NCBI GenBank assembly: GCA_036351155.1
Contig: JAZBOO010000398.1
Coordinates: 1 to 20,395 of the forward strand
Reading direction: 5' to 3'
From: Candidatus Krumholzibacteriia bacterium
GTDB lineage: Bacteria > Krumholzibacteriota > Krumholzibacteriia > LZORAL124-64-63
Length of the DNA stretch: 20,395 nt
Shown here: in pieces, positions 15,961 through 20,395 of the stretch
Layout of the letters: every line of letters begins with the position of its first letter
How positions within the stretch are numbered: the stretch's first letter is position 1
The notes under the pieces: model-generated
What the model was told of the DNA's origin: nothing
Databases searched by the model: none
Seen by the model: only the letters and a program-made list of their open reading frames with translations
Made by a program: the position numbers and the translations under genes

Positions 15961-15989
15961 AGAATAGAACGACCGTTCTTTTTTGGCAA
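15961..15989 (-). promoter_or_regulatory. Sigma70-type promoter of tetR with a palindromic operator in the spacer
   Basis: The minus strand reads TTGCCA-17 nt-TATTCT. Inverted repeat AGAACG-AC-CGTTCT lies at 15966-15979. Confidence 0.7.
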
Positions 15990-16093
15990 GGCTAATGTTC
16001 CCAAATTCTCTCCCCTTTGCTGTTGAATACGTGATACCATTTGAGTCGGAGATGAGTCATCAGCAAGTGTTCTGAGGATCTGGAGGGAATATC

Positions 16094-16804
16094 ATGCGGT
16101 TTTTTCGCCTGGTTTTTGTTCTCATCATGCTCTTGATTCCCGCCGCCGCCCTGGCCGGCGCCGGAGTCAGCGCGTGGTGTGATGGCGGGGACATCGCCAT
16201 CAGCGTGGCCCTTTTCAACGATGAGTTTCCGGCCGAGTGGACCGGCTTCGTGGTACAGCGCAGCCAGGTGGGCGTGTGTGGCACCGAGACCATCATCACG
16301 GACGAGCCCCTGCCCGTGCCCACCGAGATGTGGACCGAGGTGTTCCACAGCCTGACCGACAGCTACGTGGACGAGGGCGTGTACCAGGTGTACCAGATCT
16401 TCGCAACCAACGCGGCGGGCGATCTGCTGCCGGTGTGGGGCATGGGCACGCCCGGGACGTACGACTTCGCCGCCTGCGGGGAAGCTCTGGCCACACGGGG
16501 TTTCGTCACCGTGGAAAGCTTCGAGTACTTCGAGATGACCATCACCGAGTGCCCGGACAACTGCTGGCTGGGCTGCGGCGGGCAAGGCTACATGAACGTG
16601 CCGCCCGAGATGTTCAACGAGCTGCTGCCTTACGTGGCCGATCAAATTCCCGTGGACCTGTACGGGGTGCTCGACTATCAGGGCATGCCGGTGATGTATT
16701 GCCCCTGGGAGATCACGCGATTCGAACCTTCGCCCAATGGTGTCTGCGGCCCTGTTCCGGCCGAAAAGCGCACCTGGGATGGGGTGAAATCCTACTATCG
16801 TTGA
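16094..16804 (+). CDS. Secreted acidic, Cys-containing hypothetical protein ending in TWDGVKSYYR
   Basis: SD GGAGG; signal peptide MRFFRLVFVLIMLLIPAAALA; eight Cys in the mature chain. Confidence 0.8.
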   Translation: MRFFRLVFVLIMLLIPAAALAGAGVSAWCDGGDIAISVALFNDEFPAEWTGFVVQRSQVGVCGTETIITDEPLPVPTEMWTEVFHSLTDSYVDEGVYQVYQIFATNAAGDLLPVWGMGTPGTYDFAACGEALATRGFVTVESFEYFEMTITECPDNCWLGCGGQGYMNVPPEMFNELLPYVADQIPVDLYGVLDYQGMPVMYCPWEITRFEPSPNGVCGPVPAEKRTWDGVKSYYR

Positions 16805-16822
16805 CAGAAGCGGAGGGAGACC

Positions 16823-19354
16823 GTGATGTGGCGTCGTATTCTGCTTGTTGGCCTGGTCCTGTGTATTGTTGGTCTCGCAGTCCTGATACCAGGGTTGGAT
16901 CCATCTGAATCACCCGATGCCGCAAGCAAACCCCTCAGCGGCCCCGGCTGGCAACGCGATTTCTTCGCGCGCTGGCACCATCCTTACGGGGCGGTGATGG
17001 ACCACGAGGTTCAGCAGGCCATGCTGGACGAGGTGGCCAGGCTGCCCAGGGAAGACCCGAACAAGACCGTGACCCCCTGGGTGCAGGTGGGACCCGCGGG
17101 CATGGCCACGCCCGACGGCGCGCGCTATTCGGGCCGGGTGCTGGACCTCGATGCCGTCAGCGGGCAGGGCACCACCATCGCCGCGGCCAGCGGCGGGCTG
17201 TGGCGGTACAACCTGTTCACACCGGAACCTCTGACCGATGACATCACCTCCCAGTGGACCAGCACCGTGGCGTACCATCCGGACAATCCCCAGATCATGA
17301 TCGTGGGCACCGGCGAGTTCTGGATCCACGCGGGCACGGGCATCTGGAAGAGCACCAACGGGGGCCAGAGCTGGTATCAGGCCAGCTGCTATCCTGTTCC
17401 GGAAACCATTTTCCGGATCCGGTACAGCGGCGGCGGCACCTACCTGCATGCGGCCACCGAGAGCGGGTATTACCGCTCCATCGACGGCGGCGAAACCTGG
17501 GGCAAGCTTTATGACGGGGCCTTCACCGACCTGGCGGTCCAGCACCTGCCGGACGGCGACGAGGTGCTGTTTGCCACCATCTGGGGCGAAGGATTGTTTC
17601 GCAGCGATGACAACGGAAGAAACTGGAGCCTGGTGAACCACCAGTGGCTACCGACTGACGATTGCCGTCGCGGCGCCATTGCCGTGGCGAAGTCGAACCC
17701 CAGCTTCATTTACGTGGCCATGAGTCAGTACGTGGAAAACGGCGACAACGACTACTACGGCATGCTGGGCATCTGGCGTTCCACCGACGGGGGCGTGAAC
17801 TGGTCGAATATCACGCCGCCCGAAAACTACATGGGTGGGCAGGCCTGGTACAACAACGTGATCTCGGTGTGCCCCACCAACGAGTATCTGGTCTATGCGG
17901 GCGGGGTCCGGCTCATTCGCTCGTACGGGGGTGGGGCCAACTGGGAGTACGTGAACGATCCCCACCTGCACGTGGACTACCACGCCATGCAGTGGCATGA
18001 CAACGGGCAGTACTTCTGGATCGGCCACGACGGGGGCTGGTCGTTCTCGAACGACCAGGGCGCCACGTGGGATTCGGGCTCGAACCGCTTGCCCATCACC
18101 CAGTTCACCGAGATCGATGCCGGGGGCATCATGCTGAGCACGGCGGCCTATGTCGGGGGCAGTCAGGACAACTCCATCTGCCTGAGCAGAGACGGCGGTT
18201 CCAGCTGGGATTATCTGCTGGGCGGCGATGGCGGCGGCGTGGAGTTCGGCACGGGCGGGAACGACCTCTGGATTCGCCTGGGCGTATTCAGTGACGGGAT
18301 GGATTTCCACAGCCTCCGCTCCCAGGACGGGGGCGTGAACTTCGTCGACACCAACGAGGGGCTGAACCCGTCGGGGACCTGGTATCCCGCCGTGCGTCGC
18401 AGTGGCGACGGGGTGATGTACACCCATTCGGGGGAAATGGTTTTCAGCCGAGAACCCAGTGGCCCAACCTGGGTCGAAGAATCGCCTCCGGGGGGATTCT
18501 CCTACAATGTGCGCCAACTCACGGTGACGCCGGTGGCCGGCCACGAGGTCATTTTCGCCTGCCTGGACACCTACGGCAGCAACAAGCTGGTGGCCAAGCA
18601 GGGCGGCCAGTGGTTCACCCGCAGTTCGGGTCTGCCAAGCGCAGCCCAGGTGCGCAAGGTGGTGCCCCACCCCACCGATTTCGCCACCTGCTACGCGCTG
18701 ATCGACGGGTTGAACACCCCGGGCCAGAAGATCTTCAAGTCGGTGGAGCATGGCCAGAACTGGGTCAATATCACCGGCGATCTGCCCAACGTGCCCCTGG
18801 GTGATCTGGTGGTGCATGTGGACAACGACGACATCATGTACCTGGGCACCGGCGGCTACGGTTTTTTCCGGACTCAGGACGGCGGCCTGCACTGGCAGGC
18901 GTGGAACACGGGCATTCCTGCGGCGGTCATGGTGACCGAGATGAAGACCGTGGACATGCGCTACTTCCTGAACGGCGGCTACCACATCATGGCCGGGACC
19001 TACGGCCGCAGCATCTGGCGGCGGGACATCAAGCTGGACACCGTGTCGCCGGTGGAAGATGCGGTGCCGCGCCACCTGGTGATCGCCGATCATGGGGCGG
19101 CCCCCAACCCGTTCAACGCTCTGACCACCATCGACTTCGAGCTGGCCCAGGCGGCCCGGGTGAATGTGAATGTGTACGACGTGGCGGGGCGCCGGTTGGT
19201 GGAATTGCTGGCTGAAGAGCGTCAGCAGGGCACGCACCAGGTGACCTGGGATGGGCGGGATCGGGCCGGCTCGATGATGGCGTCGGGCAAGTATCTGGTG
19301 GTGATCAGGGCCGGCGGTGAGGCCGTGACGCAGAGCGTGGTGCTGGCGAAGTAG
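16823..19354 (+). CDS. Secreted BNR/Asp-box beta-propeller protein (VPS10/sialidase/GH74-like fold) with a C-terminal FlgD-Ig/T9SS-like domain
   Basis: N-terminal hydrophobic signal; about ten Asp-boxes (STNGGQSW, SIDGGETW, SDDNGRNW, STDGGVNW, TQDGGLHW and others); C-terminal PNPFN...VYDVAGR...WDGRD...ASGKY. Start is GTG 16823 or ATG 16826. Confidence 0.88.
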   Translation: MMWRRILLVGLVLCIVGLAVLIPGLDPSESPDAASKPLSGPGWQRDFFARWHHPYGAVMDHEVQQAMLDEVARLPREDPNKTVTPWVQVGPAGMATPDGARYSGRVLDLDAVSGQGTTIAAASGGLWRYNLFTPEPLTDDITSQWTSTVAYHPDNPQIMIVGTGEFWIHAGTGIWKSTNGGQSWYQASCYPVPETIFRIRYSGGGTYLHAATESGYYRSIDGGETWGKLYDGAFTDLAVQHLPDGDEVLFATIWGEGLFRSDDNGRNWSLVNHQWLPTDDCRRGAIAVAKSNPSFIYVAMSQYVENGDNDYYGMLGIWRSTDGGVNWSNITPPENYMGGQAWYNNVISVCPTNEYLVYAGGVRLIRSYGGGANWEYVNDPHLHVDYHAMQWHDNGQYFWIGHDGGWSFSNDQGATWDSGSNRLPITQFTEIDAGGIMLSTAAYVGGSQDNSICLSRDGGSSWDYLLGGDGGGVEFGTGGNDLWIRLGVFSDGMDFHSLRSQDGGVNFVDTNEGLNPSGTWYPAVRRSGDGVMYTHSGEMVFSREPSGPTWVEESPPGGFSYNVRQLTVTPVAGHEVIFACLDTYGSNKLVAKQGGQWFTRSSGLPSAAQVRKVVPHPTDFATCYALIDGLNTPGQKIFKSVEHGQNWVNITGDLPNVPLGDLVVHVDNDDIMYLGTGGYGFFRTQDGGLHWQAWNTGIPAAVMVTEMKTVDMRYFLNGGYHIMAGTYGRSIWRRDIKLDTVSPVEDAVPRHLVIADHGAAPNPFNALTTIDFELAQAARVNVNVYDVAGRRLVELLAEERQQGTHQVTWDGRDRAGSMMASGKYLVVIRAGGEAVTQSVVLAK

Positions 19355-19365
19355 GGGCGAGTTTT

Positions 19366-19431
19366 TTGTTTGATCAATGGTGCACCAGAAGGGCGCGCGC
19401 GACCCACGCTGGTGCATCATTGGTTAAGCGG
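19366..19431 (+). other. Long imperfect stem-loop downstream of the BNR gene
   Basis: 19368-19388 pairs with 19409-19429 over 21 bp, and all four non-Watson-Crick positions are G-U on the + strand. Confidence 0.6.
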
Positions 19432-19601
19432 TGTTCGGCAGCTGCCCTTCAACATATAGACCATCTTTCTACAATCCGGTCATTCCAGAAATCCATTCCC
19501 TGACGTACCCTGGAGCCTTTTCAAGTACTATCATTTGCCGAGGGTTCTGCTGGTCTTTCTGGCCAGACCCTGGTGAGTTGATTGTTCTGGAGGACGGCTT
19601 G

Positions 19602-20395
19602 ATGGCCCTGGATTACACCACGCTGGAACTGCTTCGCCAGAAACATCCGGCCTGGCGGCTTCTGCGCGCCCAGCATGCGCCGCTGGTGGCCAGCTTTCTT
19701 CACCGGGTGTTCATCGTGCCCAATGAACGGAATATTTCGCAAGCGGATCTGGTCGAGAGCCTGGAGGACGAACTTTTTGTTCAGCGCGAACAGCGAGGCG
19801 CCGAGACTTTTCCCGGGTCGGCGCAAAGCTATCTGAACGACTGGGCCGATAACGACAAGGGATGGCTGCGCAAGTTCTATCCGGCCGGGTCGGACGAACC
19901 GCATTTTGATCTGACCCCGGCCACCGAAAAAGCTCTGGCCTGGCTGGAAAGCTTGACCGAACGGGCCTTCGTGGGGACCGAGTCTCGCCTGCTCACCTTG
20001 TTTGATTTGCTGCGCCAGATGAGCGAGGGGAGCCAGACCGATCCCAAGATGAGGGTGGCCGAACTGCAAAAGCGCCGCAACGAAATCGATGCCGAAATGG
20101 CCCGCATCCTTGCAGGCGATATCCCGGTACTGGATGACACGGCCCTGAAAGACCGTTTCCAGCAATTTCTGCAGCTTGCGCGAGATCTTCTGACCGATTT
20201 TCGTGAGGTGGAACACAATTTTCGCGCCCTGGATCGGAAGGTGCGTGAACGGATTGCACTCTGGGAGGGAACCAAGGGAACCCTTCTGGAAGAAATCATG
20301 GGAGAGCGGGAAGCCATATCGGACTCGGATCAGGGACGGAGTTTCCGGGCCTTCTGGGATTTCTTGATGTCCCAGTCCAGACAGGATGAATTGAC
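19602..20395 (+). CDS. jetA: DUF3375 protein, Wadjet JetA, truncated by the window end
   Basis: Missing from the ORF track because it has no stop. SD GGAGG, then MALDYTTLELLRQKHPAWRLLRAQHAPLVASFL...GWLRKFYP...FVGTESRL...DFREVEHNFRALDR...SDQGRSFRAFWDFL, typical of DUF3375. Confidence 0.9.
   Translation, partial: MALDYTTLELLRQKHPAWRLLRAQHAPLVASFLHRVFIVPNERNISQADLVESLEDELFVQREQRGAETFPGSAQSYLNDWADNDKGWLRKFYPAGSDEPHFDLTPATEKALAWLESLTERAFVGTESRLLTLFDLLRQMSEGSQTDPKMRVAELQKRRNEIDAEMARILAGDIPVLDDTALKDRFQQFLQLARDLLTDFREVEHNFRALDRKVRERIALWEGTKGTLLEEIMGEREAISDSDQGRSFRAFWDFLMSQSRQDEL

Noticed and set aside
17648..19420. 590-aa minus-strand ORF
   Set aside because: Antisense shadow of the BNR-repeat gene.
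19368..19429. Integron attC site, since the hairpin ends in GTTAAGC matching GTTRRRY
   Set aside because: The left end GTTTGAT does not match RYYYAAC, the bottom strand would carry A-C mismatches, and there is no integrase or cassette array.
19521..20216. 231-aa minus-strand ORF, and likewise 19877..20317
   Set aside because: Antisense to jetA, which has an SD and family motifs on the plus strand.

Overview
GC-rich bacterial chromosomal window. A FlgD-Ig/T9SS-like C-terminal domain and a C-terminal TWDGVKSYYR motif suggest an FCB-group candidate lineage such as Krumholzibacteriota (inference). From left to right: a truncated atypical SDR (-); a DUF432-like gene and mscS (+); a lipoprotein; a probable gene remnant; a coupled minus-strand pair encoding a 1664-aa dikinase-like protein with reversed domain order and a full-length MaeB-type malic enzyme/PTA fusion whose catalytic residues are substituted; a divergent, translationally coupled ECF sigma / membrane anti-sigma / secreted TPR-CHAT protease operon; TetR and an alpha/beta hydrolase (-) with two operator-like sites; two secreted proteins; and the start of jetA (DUF3375, Wadjet), cut by the window edge. 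An AT-rich palindrome, TTTCCAACYAGTTGGAAAAC, occurs three times directly after stop codons. The best candidate for an undescribed system is the dikinase plus pseudo-malic-enzyme pair. No rRNA, tRNA, CRISPR array or transposase was seen. All family assignments come from motif recognition by eye, not from database searches.
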